Positions 30,298-40,210 of a DNA stretch of 64,000 nucleotides are shown in pieces. The position numbers were made by a program, and so were the translations under genes. Source of the DNA: Terriglobia bacterium. GTDB lineage: Bacteria > Acidobacteriota > Terriglobia > 20CM-2-55-15. The stretch spans positions 160,001-224,000 of the forward strand of contig CAXWPJ010000005.1 in NCBI GenBank assembly GCA_963664115.2. The letters run 5' to 3'. Numbering within the stretch: the first letter of the stretch is position 1; the number at the start of each line of letters is the position of its first letter. Below the pieces are notes generated by a model, which saw nothing but the letters and a program-made list of their open reading frames with translations, was not told the DNA's origin and searched no databases.

Positions 30298-31968
30298 CTA
30301 CGGATTGCTGTCCAACAGTTCCACGTATCCGATTCTGGCGTTGAAGGCGGTGCTACTCCACCAGATACGGTTCGGATTGTTCTGATCGACTTCCACGCGT
30401 CTCACATCCGTTTCTGCCTGTGGCAGCGGCAACATCAGCCATTCTTCGGTTCTGGGATTGTAGCGCGCGATTATATCCACCGTGTGCAGGGTCACCCAGA
30501 GCAGGTTGTTCTGCTCGTCAAAGTCGATCGAGTAGGCACCGTTATACGGAATCGGGGGATCGATGACAGTCATCGCGTCCGTCTTGTAATCGATCTTCAG
30601 TATCTTTCCGGCTCCCCACAACCCGACCCAGACATTGCCTTCCGGGTCATAGTCCATCCGGCGAGGATAGCTTGTACCCTCCACCGGGATTTCAAACTCA
30701 ACGACCTCGCCGGTCTTTCCGTCGAAGCGGGCCAAGCGGTCCACCAGGTTTTCGGCGACCCAGACCCGTCCGTCGCCGGCGACCGTTATGCCGTAACCAC
30801 CGGGATTCTCCTGGGTCGCAGTCCAGGTCGGCGTGTCCCACGCGCTCCATTCACCGGTGGCGGGATCCAGCCTCCTGGCAGCGCCCGGGCCGGAGGACCA
30901 GATCGATCCGTCTGGATGCACCACCATGCTGTTCCCCTGGACCGGTCCGCGGATTTCCTCGCTCGGAAAGGGCCAGTCGGTCCATTCCTCGGCCGCGATG
31001 TCGTAGCTCAGCCAGCGCGTTTCGAAGGGATCGGCCAACCACATGATGCCGTCCTTGCTGATCTGCAGATTGCCGGGACGTGCGCGCTCGGCGGTGTACA
31101 AAGGTGGGCCGATTTCGCTGTATTCGTAGGTGACGGGATCGAAACGGCTGATCTTGCCCCCCGTACGCTGGTTGGCCCAGCCAACGCCCCAGGGGTCTAC
31201 TGCGACGTCGTGGTTTTCCACTCCTACATTCTCGACATCGTATTGCACGACGCGGTAATTTGCGGCCTCGCCCTGCATGAGAGTCCGCAGCAAGCGGCTG
31301 TTCGGATCCGGTGCCGGCATCGGCGGCAGGTTCGCGGTCAGATAATCCAGTAAGACGGCGACCTCCTCCTCGGTCATATCAGGAAGGTCGACGCCGACCA
31401 TTTCCCCGCGCATTTCGGTGATCGTGGATTCCCAGGTTTCGCGATCGACTCGCCTGGAGATCACACTTGTTTCCGAATGACAGCCGGTGCAGCGCGTCAT
31501 GATAATTTCCTTGCCGTGCCCTTCCGGGAGACTGCCCGCCGTTGCCATGTGCTCAGGTACTCTTCGTGGCCAGGCAGCTGGCAGGTCGGGTGCCCGCCCA
31601 ACGGTGAGCGCCAGATCCATCTGGGTCGCCTCTTGTCCCGATACGTCTACCGGGGCGGACCATACGCTCTCAAAGTCGTTTCCGACACCCTGCACGACAT
31701 AGCTTCCCGCAGGAAGCTGATTGGCCGTGTAACGGCCCGCGTCCTGGCTGATGAACATAAAGGTCAGGCGTCGTTCGGCGTTTTTTAGTTTCACGAAAGC
31801 TCCGGCGAGAGGTTGACCGGACGCATCCGTGACCACGCCCTGGAGAATTCCGCTGTGGCCCCCCGGACTTGCCACGACATCAGCCGATGGTTGCCCCGAG
31901 CAGCCGGCAGCCAGCAAAACAGCTACGATGAGACCGATGACACTTGGGTTCCTTTTCCTGAACATCAT
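30298..31968 (-). CDS. Lipoprotein: carboxypeptidase-regulatory-like domain, cytochrome c and Vgb-like propeller
   Basis: Lipobox AAGC; GVVTDASGQPLAGAFV; CTGCH; propeller repeats GYGITVAGDGRVW and YPRRMDYDPEGNVW. Confidence 0.85.
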   Translation of the reverse strand: MMFRKRNPSVIGLIVAVLLAAGCSGQPSADVVASPGGHSGILQGVVTDASGQPLAGAFVKLKNAERRLTFMFISQDAGRYTANQLPAGSYVVQGVGNDFESVWSAPVDVSGQEATQMDLALTVGRAPDLPAAWPRRVPEHMATAGSLPEGHGKEIIMTRCTGCHSETSVISRRVDRETWESTITEMRGEMVGVDLPDMTEEEVAVLLDYLTANLPPMPAPDPNSRLLRTLMQGEAANYRVVQYDVENVGVENHDVAVDPWGVGWANQRTGGKISRFDPVTYEYSEIGPPLYTAERARPGNLQISKDGIMWLADPFETRWLSYDIAAEEWTDWPFPSEEIRGPVQGNSMVVHPDGSIWSSGPGAARRLDPATGEWSAWDTPTWTATQENPGGYGITVAGDGRVWVAENLVDRLARFDGKTGEVVEFEIPVEGTSYPRRMDYDPEGNVWVGLWGAGKILKIDYKTDAMTVIDPPIPYNGAYSIDFDEQNNLLWVTLHTVDIIARYNPRTEEWLMLPLPQAETDVRRVEVDQNNPNRIWWSSTAFNARIGYVELLDSNP

Positions 31969-32231
31969 CTATGCTCCTTGTTGAACGAGACGAACTGAAT
32001 CCCAGGCCAATTCTCCGGGAAGCGTTTTGATCGCCGTGTCGTCCCCACGTTTCCTAACCCGCGCACGCCACAGGGCGCTCTTGCCGCCCTGAGTGAAAGG
32101 ATGGTGTCGTGACCGAGTTTGGGGCCCGACGCCATCGATCCAGTGTGTCGCTGACTGAAGCCTGAAAATCTGGCTCAATATACCTGCAGGTGGAAGTTAT
32201 TCGCAAGAAAAGTCTCGAGTCCTGGCGAACG
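31969..32231 (-). repeat. IR half, kinase promoter and frameshifted 5' remnant
   Basis: CAGGACTCGAGA...GCGACACACT..ATG (32135), then MASGPKLGHDTILSL / GGKSALWRARVRKRGDDTAIKTLPGELAWDSVRL. Confidence 0.85.
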
Positions 32232-32377
32232 AATTGTTTTAAGTCGTAAAACGGCCCGAAGACAGCAATCGAGATATCGAGACATCGCGCAAGTGGGTAC
32301 GGCAGGGCGCCATTGTTTGGGCGTGTCCTGGAATTCCCCCCACTGTTACCCAGAGCCTGACCCGGAACTCGATGGCA

Positions 32378-32405
32378 AATAAAAAGGCCGCAGGAATGCG
32401 GCCTT
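32378..32405 (-). terminator. Rho-independent terminator
   Basis: AAGGCCGCA-TTCC-TGCGGCCTTTTTATT on the minus strand. Confidence 0.8.
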
Positions 32406-32423
32406 AAGTATCTGTTCTAAAAA

Positions 32424-32464
32424 TCGGGTGGGGCGATTCGAACTCCCCGTCTCGGGCTCCCAAA
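32424..32464 (-). other. Degenerate 3' half of a tRNA (Pro-TGG-like), possible att-site scar
   Basis: TTTGGGA...GGGGAGTTCGAATCGCCCCACCCGA gives an anticodon loop, T arm and acceptor 3' strand; no D arm or 5' half. Confidence 0.55.
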
Positions 32465-32489
32465 TGGGAGTGAGTAATCTCCAGAGATT

Positions 32490-33347
32490 TTAATTGCCGC
32501 TGGTTCCGACATCAATGCCCTGGGCTTCGGGGCCGATCGCGGGTCTCAAAACCTGCTCGATATAGTCGAACGAGTCGGATGGTACGCAGAAGTACTCCCC
32601 GATTTCGGTTCCGGGGCTCCGCAGGAGGTTTCCAGCGGTCACCCACGGCTGGGTGAAGGTCTTCGGATCGGTGATCGTCAGTGTCACTTCGATCGTGTTG
32701 TAGTCCACACGTCTGTAGCGCTCCTCTGTACGCAACGCATCACTGTGCGTGTATCCGAATCGACGATCCTGTCTATTCTCGGTAAGCCAGGAACGCTCGT
32801 CAAAACCGCTGGACTGGACGACGAACGTGTCCCCCTCCCACTGGCCGACCGAGTATCCCATCCACCGTGGATCCGGATCTTCGGGGAGTTCGCGACCATC
32901 GGTCCAGATCGTCCGAAAGGTGTGGCCCCACTCAAGGAACTGGACCAGCCTGTCAGGCATCTCGGCGAACTCGAAACCGTAGTTGTACGTGAACATGCGA
33001 GGCCAGCCCATAGGATCACAGATCAGCATGCCGTCTTTCGAATTCGAAAGCGCCTGTCCGCCGGCGGTTTCGTCGGCCCTCGTGGCGTCGTACCTCGCCT
33101 GTCCGTCCGGTGTCATGGGAGGCGCATTGCGGTTGAGTTGAATTCGGTTTTGGCCCCATATCCCCGTCAGGTCACCGGGATTGAATGGCAGGTCCGCCGT
33201 CTCTGAGCGTAACTCCGTTCTATTGTCGTTCGTCTGGCAATTTGGGCAGGTCAACCACCCGGGATACAGATCCTGGGCGGTGGTGACTGCCGGTAAAACG
33301 ATGACGCCTACCAGTACAGCGATCAAACCTATGATGCAGTGTCGCAT
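32490..33347 (-). CDS. Exported hypothetical protein (DUF6152 partner)
   Basis: Signal peptide; CDPMGWPR, RTIWTDGR..P.DPDPRWMGYSVGQWEGDTFVV and DPKTFTQP motifs. Confidence 0.85.
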   Translation of the reverse strand: MRHCIIGLIAVLVGVIVLPAVTTAQDLYPGWLTCPNCQTNDNRTELRSETADLPFNPGDLTGIWGQNRIQLNRNAPPMTPDGQARYDATRADETAGGQALSNSKDGMLICDPMGWPRMFTYNYGFEFAEMPDRLVQFLEWGHTFRTIWTDGRELPEDPDPRWMGYSVGQWEGDTFVVQSSGFDERSWLTENRQDRRFGYTHSDALRTEERYRRVDYNTIEVTLTITDPKTFTQPWVTAGNLLRSPGTEIGEYFCVPSDSFDYIEQVLRPAIGPEAQGIDVGTSGN

Positions 33348-33353
33348 TTCCTT

Positions 33354-33405
33354 TACTCCGTGATGCTACTCCGTGATGCTACTCCGTGATGTTACTTCGT
33401 GATGC
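33354..33405. repeat. 13-bp tandem repeat x4 (TACTCCGTGATGC)
   Basis: Two exact units and two single-mismatch units. Confidence 0.95.
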
Positions 33406-33430
33406 TAGGGTCCATCACTAACCTTAAATG

Positions 33431-33829
33431 CTAATCCCCTGGCTCCCGATCGACCAGGACGGTGCCATCCGTCAGCACCACCTTGATCAGTTCACCTTGA
33501 GGCGTCCCCGCGGTGGCTGGGATTATCGTGAACGTACCTTCCTGTCCGGCCTGGAAGGTTCTTCTACTCAGCCCCTCGCTCATCATCGAGGTGGTGGAAG
33601 ACATTTCGCCAGTCCACCCCACGACCTTACCCTGGTCGTCGGTGACATCCCAAACGAGGTAAGTATGCGGGTTGCGCCATCTCCATTCCGAAACAACCCC
33701 GTCCATCTCAATGCGCCTGTCGGTATCGTAGATCCCCGCACGGCCATGGTGCGCTGAAGCCAGACCGCCCAAAATGACGACCGACATCAACACAAGCACC
33801 GCCGTGGCCCAAACACGCTGAATTCTCAT
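33431..33829 (-). CDS. DUF6152 family exported protein
   Basis: AGGAGG RBS; SAHHG..YD and WRNPH motifs. Confidence 0.85.
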   Translation of the reverse strand: MRIQRVWATAVLVLMSVVILGGLASAHHGRAGIYDTDRRIEMDGVVSEWRWRNPHTYLVWDVTDDQGKVVGWTGEMSSTTSMMSEGLSRRTFQAGQEGTFTIIPATAGTPQGELIKVVLTDGTVLVDREPGD

Positions 33830-34214
33830 TGACGCCTCCTAGCGCACGAATATTTACGATGAAAAACTACAGCCATTCCACACCTAAGTCTAAGCGGTTG
33901 TCAAGTGATTGTCAGCCGGCTGTCGTTGTTTGAATGTGAACCGGCTTTCACAGGCATCGCCGCTCAAACGCGAACAGGACTACCGTCAGTTGAGGGTTGA
34001 GGGATCGCTCCGACCACCACGCTATTGTCTTCTCCGAAAGCTCCCGTAAGCACTTCGGGCACATTGCAGCCTCTGACAAAATGTCGTCCGACCTCAGCCT
34101 TTCCGCCATCCGAGCTTTCCCACGCTATACTCGCGACGGAAAGTCTGATCAGTTAAGCAAGATAAAGCTCCTTCCAGGCCCGACTGTGCTTCGCTACACC
34201 CAGTTCAAGGAGGG

Positions 34215-34634
34215 ATGATGCCAGACGAAATTCGCCATCACGGCATTTGCTACGTAAAGAACCCTGGCGACAAGTACAAGTACAAGCTCACCGAGGACTA
34301 TTCCCACTCAACCGGGATTACAGGTGGGGACGGCGGCAACGTGTACCTGAAAATTGACCTCGCGGGTGATCTTGAAATCCGCGCTTCCTACGCCTGGGAC
34401 GGTCCGAGCGGCCCTTCGATCGACACCCGGAGCTTCATGCGTGGCTCGCTCGTTCACGACGCTCTCTACCAGCTCATGCGCCTTCGAGTTCTCGATCACA
34501 AGCGCGACAGGAAGGCTGCAGACAAGATCCTTCGCGGGATCTGCAAGGCCGATGGCATGAACCGCTTCCGCCGGTGGTACGTCTACTGGGTCCTGCGCGC
34601 ATTCGGGGCAGGGTCTGCGCGACCACCCGACTAA
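34215..34634 (+). CDS. DUF1353-like protein
   Basis: YAWDGPSG, GSLVHDALYQ, RKAADKIL and VLRAFG motifs; AGGAGG RBS. Confidence 0.8.
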   Translation: MMPDEIRHHGICYVKNPGDKYKYKLTEDYSHSTGITGGDGGNVYLKIDLAGDLEIRASYAWDGPSGPSIDTRSFMRGSLVHDALYQLMRLRVLDHKRDRKAADKILRGICKADGMNRFRRWYVYWVLRAFGAGSARPPD

Positions 34635-34802
34635 GCATTGCAGTGACCCCGTGCGCAGTGATGCCACCCCGGGCTGTCCTCAAGTGAGACTCTGCTTGTT
34701 TAAAAATCCTAGCTATATTTGAATAGGCAGGACGTCCATATTTCGAGAGTAAGTAATTTGAGTCCCGTTTTCTTCGGGCATACCCGACGATATGAGCAGG
34801 AG

Positions 34803-35189
34803 ATGAAGATGCGATTAAAGATCAGATTGTCCTTCATTATCGCCCTTGCGCTCGTGGCTCTGACCTCGTGCGCGGAGACAGTGGAGACGGAGTCACCCGA
34901 TGGCGCCGACCCTCGGGCCCAACGAGAAGCGATCGGTACCTGGCTCGAAGACGGTCCCGCCGGTAGCAGGATCACGATATATTGGGAAGACGGCCTCGTA
35001 TTTATGGAAGTCACGGACGGGGACGGCAGTTCCGAAACGGCCGAAATGATCGAAACCTCATTACCGCGTAACACACGATTCGACTACGAGGACGAACGTG
35101 GCGGTGGTTACTATCTGATCGCCACGAACGGAGATTTGAGAGGCTGGACTCCCGATGGCCCCTTCCTTACTGCACGACCCATAGAGTGA
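34803..35189 (+). CDS. Hypothetical lipoprotein
   Basis: Lipobox LTSC after a hydrophobic stretch; AGGAG RBS. Confidence 0.75.
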   Translation: MKMRLKIRLSFIIALALVALTSCAETVETESPDGADPRAQREAIGTWLEDGPAGSRITIYWEDGLVFMEVTDGDGSSETAEMIETSLPRNTRFDYEDERGGGYYLIATNGDLRGWTPDGPFLTARPIE

Positions 35190-35194
35190 ACACC

Positions 35195-35317
35195 ATGAGC
35201 TGGGAAACGGATGGTGGTCGATTCATATTGACCGGACTGACTGGACTCACAGGCCGCTCGGCGCCAGCCGGGAGATAGCGCCGCGTTCGCCTGATCGAAC
35301 TCGTCGGGGAACAAGCA
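35195..35317 (-). repeat. Internal TolB/PD40-repeat remnant of the kinase gene
   Basis: FPDEFDQANAALSPGWRRAACESSQSGQYESTTIRFP resembles the ..ALSPDGRWLAYES.ESGQYEVYVRPFP repeat. Confidence 0.65.
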
Positions 35318-36763
35318 TTAGAGATAGTTGATAAAAGCCACCTTGTGTTCGGTAAAAAATTCGATACCGGTTTTGCCCGACTCGGGGATCCCGTGACCCG
35401 ACGACTTCACCCCGCCAAAGGACAACTGCGGCTCGCGATAGGCCGTCATCATGTTCACGTGCGTCAAGCCCACCTCGCTCTGGTCCAGAAACTGAAACGC
35501 GCGCGATATATCTCTGGTGAAAATCGATGACGTCAGCCCAAACTCCACCTGGTTGGCTATCTCCAGTGCTTCATCAAAATTCCGCGCCGCCATCACGCTC
35601 AACACCGGCCCGAAGATCTCCTCCTGTGCGATCCGCATCTCCGATTTGACTCCGGCGAAAACCGTCGGCGCGACAAAACACCCCCGGTCCAGGCCACTGT
35701 CGGTCAGCCGCTGTCCCCCCTCGACCAGCTCGGCCCCCTCGCCCTGCCCGATGTCGATATAGCCCATAATCGTCTCCAGTTGGTCCGAACCGCACACCGG
35801 CCCCATATCGACATCCCCGCGACCGTCACCCACCCGGATCGCCCGCACCCGCTCCAGCACCTTTTTGGTAAAGACCTCCGCCACCTCCTCGATCACGATC
35901 GCCCGGCTCGTCGACGTGCACCACTGCCCGGCGCAGGCATAGGCCGCTGTGACCACTGCATCCGCCGCCTTGTCGAGGTCGGCGTCTTCTAATATCACCG
36001 CCGGATTTTTGCCGCCCATCTCCAGCTGGGTGCGGATCAGCGTCTGGGCCACGCTCTGCTGTATCCCCTTGCCGACTCCCGTCGATCCCGTAAAGGACAC
36101 CGACTGCACCAGCGGATGGGTGATCATCTCGTCCCCGACCGTACTGCCCCCGCCGCAGACGAAATTCAGCACCCCTGGCGGCAGGCCGGCTTCGACAAAT
36201 ACATCGACAAAGGCTTTGCCCGCGCCTGGTGTCAGGCTGGCGGGCTTAAAGACGATGGTATTGCCGCTGATCAGCGCGGGTGTGCACTTGCGGCCCGGCA
36301 CGTTAAACGGAAAATTCCACGGGCTGATAATCGACGCCACCCCCAAGGGCCGCCGCAGGCTATAGGCGAAGACCCCCTTCTGCGCCGAGGGCACGGTCTC
36401 GCCGCACATCGTCACTCCCTGAGCGATCTGATACTCCATCTCGCGCACCGCCGACCGCACCTCGGTCAGCGCCTCGGCCAGGGACTTGCCATTTTCCGCC
36501 GTCAGCGTCGCCGCGATTGCCTCCGTCCTGCCCTTCAGCACCGCCACCGCCCGCGACAGATACTCCGCCCTCTGGAAAACACCGATCCCGGCCCATTCGG
36601 GGAAAGCCGCGTGCGCAGACTCGATCGCCTTCCTGGCGTCATCGCGGGTGCCCTTGGGCCAGATTCCGGTCACCTGTCCGAGGTCGGCCGGATTGCGCTG
36701 CTCGAAGGTCTGCCCATCCGCTGCGGGGACCCAGGCGCCGTCGATGTAGTTCTGCTGTTCCAT
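35318..36763 (-). CDS. Aldehyde dehydrogenase
   Basis: PWNFP, FTGSTGVG, LEMGGKN, GQWCT and QEEIFGPV motifs. Confidence 0.95.
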   Translation of the reverse strand: MEQQNYIDGAWVPAADGQTFEQRNPADLGQVTGIWPKGTRDDARKAIESAHAAFPEWAGIGVFQRAEYLSRAVAVLKGRTEAIAATLTAENGKSLAEALTEVRSAVREMEYQIAQGVTMCGETVPSAQKGVFAYSLRRPLGVASIISPWNFPFNVPGRKCTPALISGNTIVFKPASLTPGAGKAFVDVFVEAGLPPGVLNFVCGGGSTVGDEMITHPLVQSVSFTGSTGVGKGIQQSVAQTLIRTQLEMGGKNPAVILEDADLDKAADAVVTAAYACAGQWCTSTSRAIVIEEVAEVFTKKVLERVRAIRVGDGRGDVDMGPVCGSDQLETIMGYIDIGQGEGAELVEGGQRLTDSGLDRGCFVAPTVFAGVKSEMRIAQEEIFGPVLSVMAARNFDEALEIANQVEFGLTSSIFTRDISRAFQFLDQSEVGLTHVNMMTAYREPQLSFGGVKSSGHGIPESGKTGIEFFTEHKVAFINYL

Positions 36764-36849
36764 CGTGTTGCTCTCCAGTGTTGTTTTCGGTCCTAGGGCG
36801 AACCCTTGACGCGGTCGCGCTCGATAGAGCGGCGGGTCACGTCGACGTC

Positions 36850-37045
36850 CCGACGCAGCTGCTGGGTCCCTCCTTTGCCCCTCCTTTGCCGCGGAGGACG
36901 AGCCCTACTTTGCCAGGGAGGACGAGGACTTCGTAGTGGCCGACTCTGGAGCCGGTTTCCATCGTTATAGCGGGTTCCTAACTGAACCGTGAAATTCTGG
37001 CAAGATATAACGACAGGTGGGATTTCGGGTCACTGAAACTCTAAT
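36850..37045 (-). repeat. Kinase promoter plus 5' remnant METGSRVGHYEVLVLPGK
   Basis: ATG at 36962; upstream TTTCACGGTTC and CCCACCT match 40268-40300. Confidence 0.85.
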
Positions 37046-37258
37046 TCGATTGCGTCCTTAGGGTGTGTGTGGCCAAACTTCAACTTCCGACACGATGGGT
37101 GATCTCAGTTTCCATCGGAAGCCGACTTCTGGGTCCCTGGATGCTTTTGACCATTTTGAACGCCAGGCGACGACTCGTTACCGGTCTGGTGCTGACATCC
37201 GTTGGTTGCGGCTTACCTGATGTCTTTCAGCGATCAGTGGCTGCGATAGCGGACACAC

Positions 37259-37642
37259 CTACTGGCTGCCGTAGAGGAGCAGTTCTCTCCCGTCGGGCGT
37301 CATGACTCTTTCCAACCTCAGAATCATGGACCCATCCGTGAAGCGAAATCCGATGCCCGTGATGACGTCTCCTGCCTTCAAGGTATCCCTGTCCCAGCCG
37401 TTCGCCGCCATCCGATTAATACTGGGACCTCCGACTTGCCAGCCCTCGACCCTGCCGTCGTCGGACTGTACGTCGAGCCCGATCATCACGTGCGGATTGC
37501 CCCACGCGTAGGCCGTCACTGTCCCCTGCACCGTGACTTCTGTCGAACGATTGACCGGCCATCGGTGATGCGCAAACAATGGGCTGGCGGCCACGAGGAT
37601 CCCGATCGCTCCAAGTGCGAACACTCCCATCTTGTTCATCAT
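37259..37642 (-). CDS. DUF6152 family exported protein
   Basis: GGAGG RBS; FAHHR, WGNPH and LKAGDVIT motifs. Confidence 0.85.
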   Translation of the reverse strand: MMNKMGVFALGAIGILVAASPLFAHHRWPVNRSTEVTVQGTVTAYAWGNPHVMIGLDVQSDDGRVEGWQVGGPSINRMAANGWDRDTLKAGDVITGIGFRFTDGSMILRLERVMTPDGRELLLYGSQ

Positions 37643-37770
37643 GTCCAACCTCCAGACCCGATTATACTGGATCGCCTGCGGGGCCGCACCGAGCATCGGG
37701 AGACCCGTCCAGGTTTAACTCGACGACCACTCCCGATAAACGTCGCAGCGTTGATCCGTTCTTCCAGACT

Positions 37771-38400
37771 CTATGTGTGGCAACGGGAAGTCATCCACTC
37801 ACGAATCTCTGGTAGTTCTCGTTCGACATCAATCGTATGTGTCTTCGTGAATTCCCGGTAATCCACGCTGAAACCCCCGGCATTGAGTTGCTGGATCTGT
37901 GCCCTCGTTCTCTCGACGGGTAGTATCTCATCTTCAATTCCGTGCGTTATGAGCCAGTCTCCTTGATTTACTTCAGGGTTGAGTTCTCGCAGCAGAGCTT
38001 CAGGATCGTAGGCGTAACCACTGATTCCGATATATTCCCCCAGTCGACGGGTGTGCCGCGCTCCAAATTCGAGAGTCATGAGACAGCCTTGCGAAAATCC
38101 AAACAGGAATGTTTGCTCGGGTGCATAGCCGTTGCGTTCGGTCTCCGACAGCACCTCGCCGAGCAGAGTTTGGGATTCAATAATCCCGGGTAGTTGATCC
38201 GGTGGCAGGTCGTACCAGCTATAGCCTATCCCGTAGGGAGTGGGTGCGGTGAGCAGGAGAAAATCTAGAGAGTCGATGGTCAGTGCCTTCTGCAACCAGA
38301 GAAAGCCTTCTGCCAAATCACCACGTCCATGGAGAACTATCACGAGTTGATTCGAGGGCAGGCGTGCCGGTTGCCATACGTGTCTGAGCGGTAGATCCAT
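37771..38400 (-). CDS. Phospholipase/carboxylesterase (alpha/beta hydrolase)
   Basis: LHGRG, GFSQG, THGIEDE and KTH motifs. Confidence 0.9.
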   Translation of the reverse strand: MDLPLRHVWQPARLPSNQLVIVLHGRGDLAEGFLWLQKALTIDSLDFLLLTAPTPYGIGYSWYDLPPDQLPGIIESQTLLGEVLSETERNGYAPEQTFLFGFSQGCLMTLEFGARHTRRLGEYIGISGYAYDPEALLRELNPEVNQGDWLITHGIEDEILPVERTRAQIQQLNAGGFSVDYREFTKTHTIDVERELPEIREWMTSRCHT

Positions 38401-38558
38401 TAAATTAACGGAGGTATCCGGTCTCCATAGGGTGGACGTTCAGGCTTTCTACACGAGCGATTAAAGTCTATAGCTTCCGGAATTTCTGCGTCTTGGAAAA
38501 GTGCCGGATGTCTCGCTTCCGATTACGATCGAGTTATGGACTAAAATTGTCAGCTCTT

Positions 38559-39053
38559 ATGGGTTTCGAGATAGTTCTGTGGTTTTTGGCTTTCGTGTTG
38601 ACGGTTGCGGGCTTTGCGGGCCTGGTGCTGCCGTTGCTGCCTGGTGCCGTCCTTCTCTTTGCCGGCCTGTTTGCCGCGGCATGGGCTGAGAATTTTGCAT
38701 ACGTCGGGTGGGGCACCTTGATCTTGCTCGGTCTGCTGGCAATGTCCACTTACCTTCTGGACTTTGCGGCGACCGCCCTCGGAACGGACCAGTTCGGCGG
38801 TTCTAAAAGAGCTATCGCTGGGGCGTCAATCGGTGCTGTCGTGGGCCTCTTCTTCGGCATTCTTGGCATACTCTTGGGGCCGTTCGTCGGTGCCGTCATT
38901 GGTGAATTAACTGCACAGCGCGATCCACTGGCGGCAGGCCGTGCGGGCGTAGGGGCGGCTCTCGGCCTTGTGGCCGGTGCCGTGGCGAAGCTCGCTGTCG
39001 CCGTTTCAATGGTGGGGATTTTTGTTCTGGTTCGGTTCCTGGGAGGAAACTGA
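38559..39053 (+). CDS. DUF456 membrane protein
   Basis: GLVLPLLPG, FGGSKRA..GA.IG and GPFVGAVIGEL motifs. Confidence 0.88.
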   Translation: MGFEIVLWFLAFVLTVAGFAGLVLPLLPGAVLLFAGLFAAAWAENFAYVGWGTLILLGLLAMSTYLLDFAATALGTDQFGGSKRAIAGASIGAVVGLFFGILGILLGPFVGAVIGELTAQRDPLAAGRAGVGAALGLVAGAVAKLAVAVSMVGIFVLVRFLGGN

Positions 39054-39306
39054 CTGAATCGAAACACCTCAGAAACTGCCATATTCCGAAACACCACCGA
39101 GAGAAGAGGACAGGCTTCTGACTGCCCCGATCTATTTGGAGCCGTCCAATTCTTTAGGGGTTTGGCTCAATATATGAGACGGCATTGATTATCTCTGGCA
39201 AGGTCTCCCCCGTGGGGCAAGCGCCGCCATCCTCGTGGGGTTTCAAGCGGCCCACAGCCTTAGACGGAAGTTCATTTGTAGACGCTAATCAGTACACATT
39301 CCTGCA

Positions 39307-39590
39307 ATGTTCTGCCCTTTGTGTCAGTCAGCATATCGTGATGGCTTTACAGCGTGCAGCGACTGCGAAGTGGGCCTCCTCGATTCGTTCAAGGACCTAG
39401 AGTTCTCCTCAGTAAGACCTTGGAAGGGAGAGCGACAAACTGTGTTCAACTTGATGCTCAGGGGATTCCGTCACACCTGAAAGAAATTCCAAATCTTGAA
39501 CCGAGAGAAGGGCGTTGGTGGATAGGGTGGCTTCCGATCTCTCCTAAGCTCGAATACGAAGTGTGGGTGCTCCGTTCCGATCTATGGGTG
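39307..39590 (+). pseudogene. Frameshifted zinc-ribbon/DUF2007-like protein
   Basis: MFCPLCQSAYRDGFTACSDCEVGLL in one frame continues as LDAQGIPSH...YEVWVLRSDL in another. Confidence 0.55.
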
Positions 39591-40210
39591 GTCGATTCCT
39601 CCTGTCGAAAGCGCCACGTCACCCTCAGGTGTGAATTCTCGCTCACAATCGGGCGAATGCCCCGCGCTACAACGACACAGCGCAAAACTTTTACGCATCA
39701 CAAGAATCGAAACCGGCAGCATACAAGACGAGACTCTCCTGGTTCTGCTGGCAAGTTTGCAGCGACTTTTGAAACCCGAGGACAGAACCTTAAAAGTCAA
39801 AAATTGAACTGCGGTAGGCGGCTTTGGCATTTCGAAAGCAATTTCTCATCTATCAAAACTTCATCGCCATTCCTGAAACGTATTTGCGAATCCGACTCAC
39901 TCAAATCAGACGTTTCGAAACTTAAATCAGCATGCCTCAAGGTTGCTCCCAGATCTTGAAAGGTGGCAACACCATTCTGAAACCGTAAAGCGTTCCCGAA
40001 ATACAACAAACCATCCGCTCACAAGCGGAAGATAAGATTTTTCACCCAGCTTCGAAGCATGAGTATCTCAATGAGACAACGGGAGGTCTAAGATGATCAT
40101 CTGGGCCCTGAAGAGCACCTTGATCGTGGTCGAATCCCTTTAAAATATACATTGCAAAAGGATTCTAGAAGCCACCAGGTGGTTAGAACGTGACTTGCGA
40201 GGCCGACTAA

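Noticed and set aside
32424-32464. Functional tRNA gene
   Set aside because: No 5' half or D arm, and a mismatch in the T stem.
39354-39959. 201-aa ORF as an intact gene
   Set aside because: Only its middle looks protein-like; it is better explained as part of a frameshifted pseudogene.
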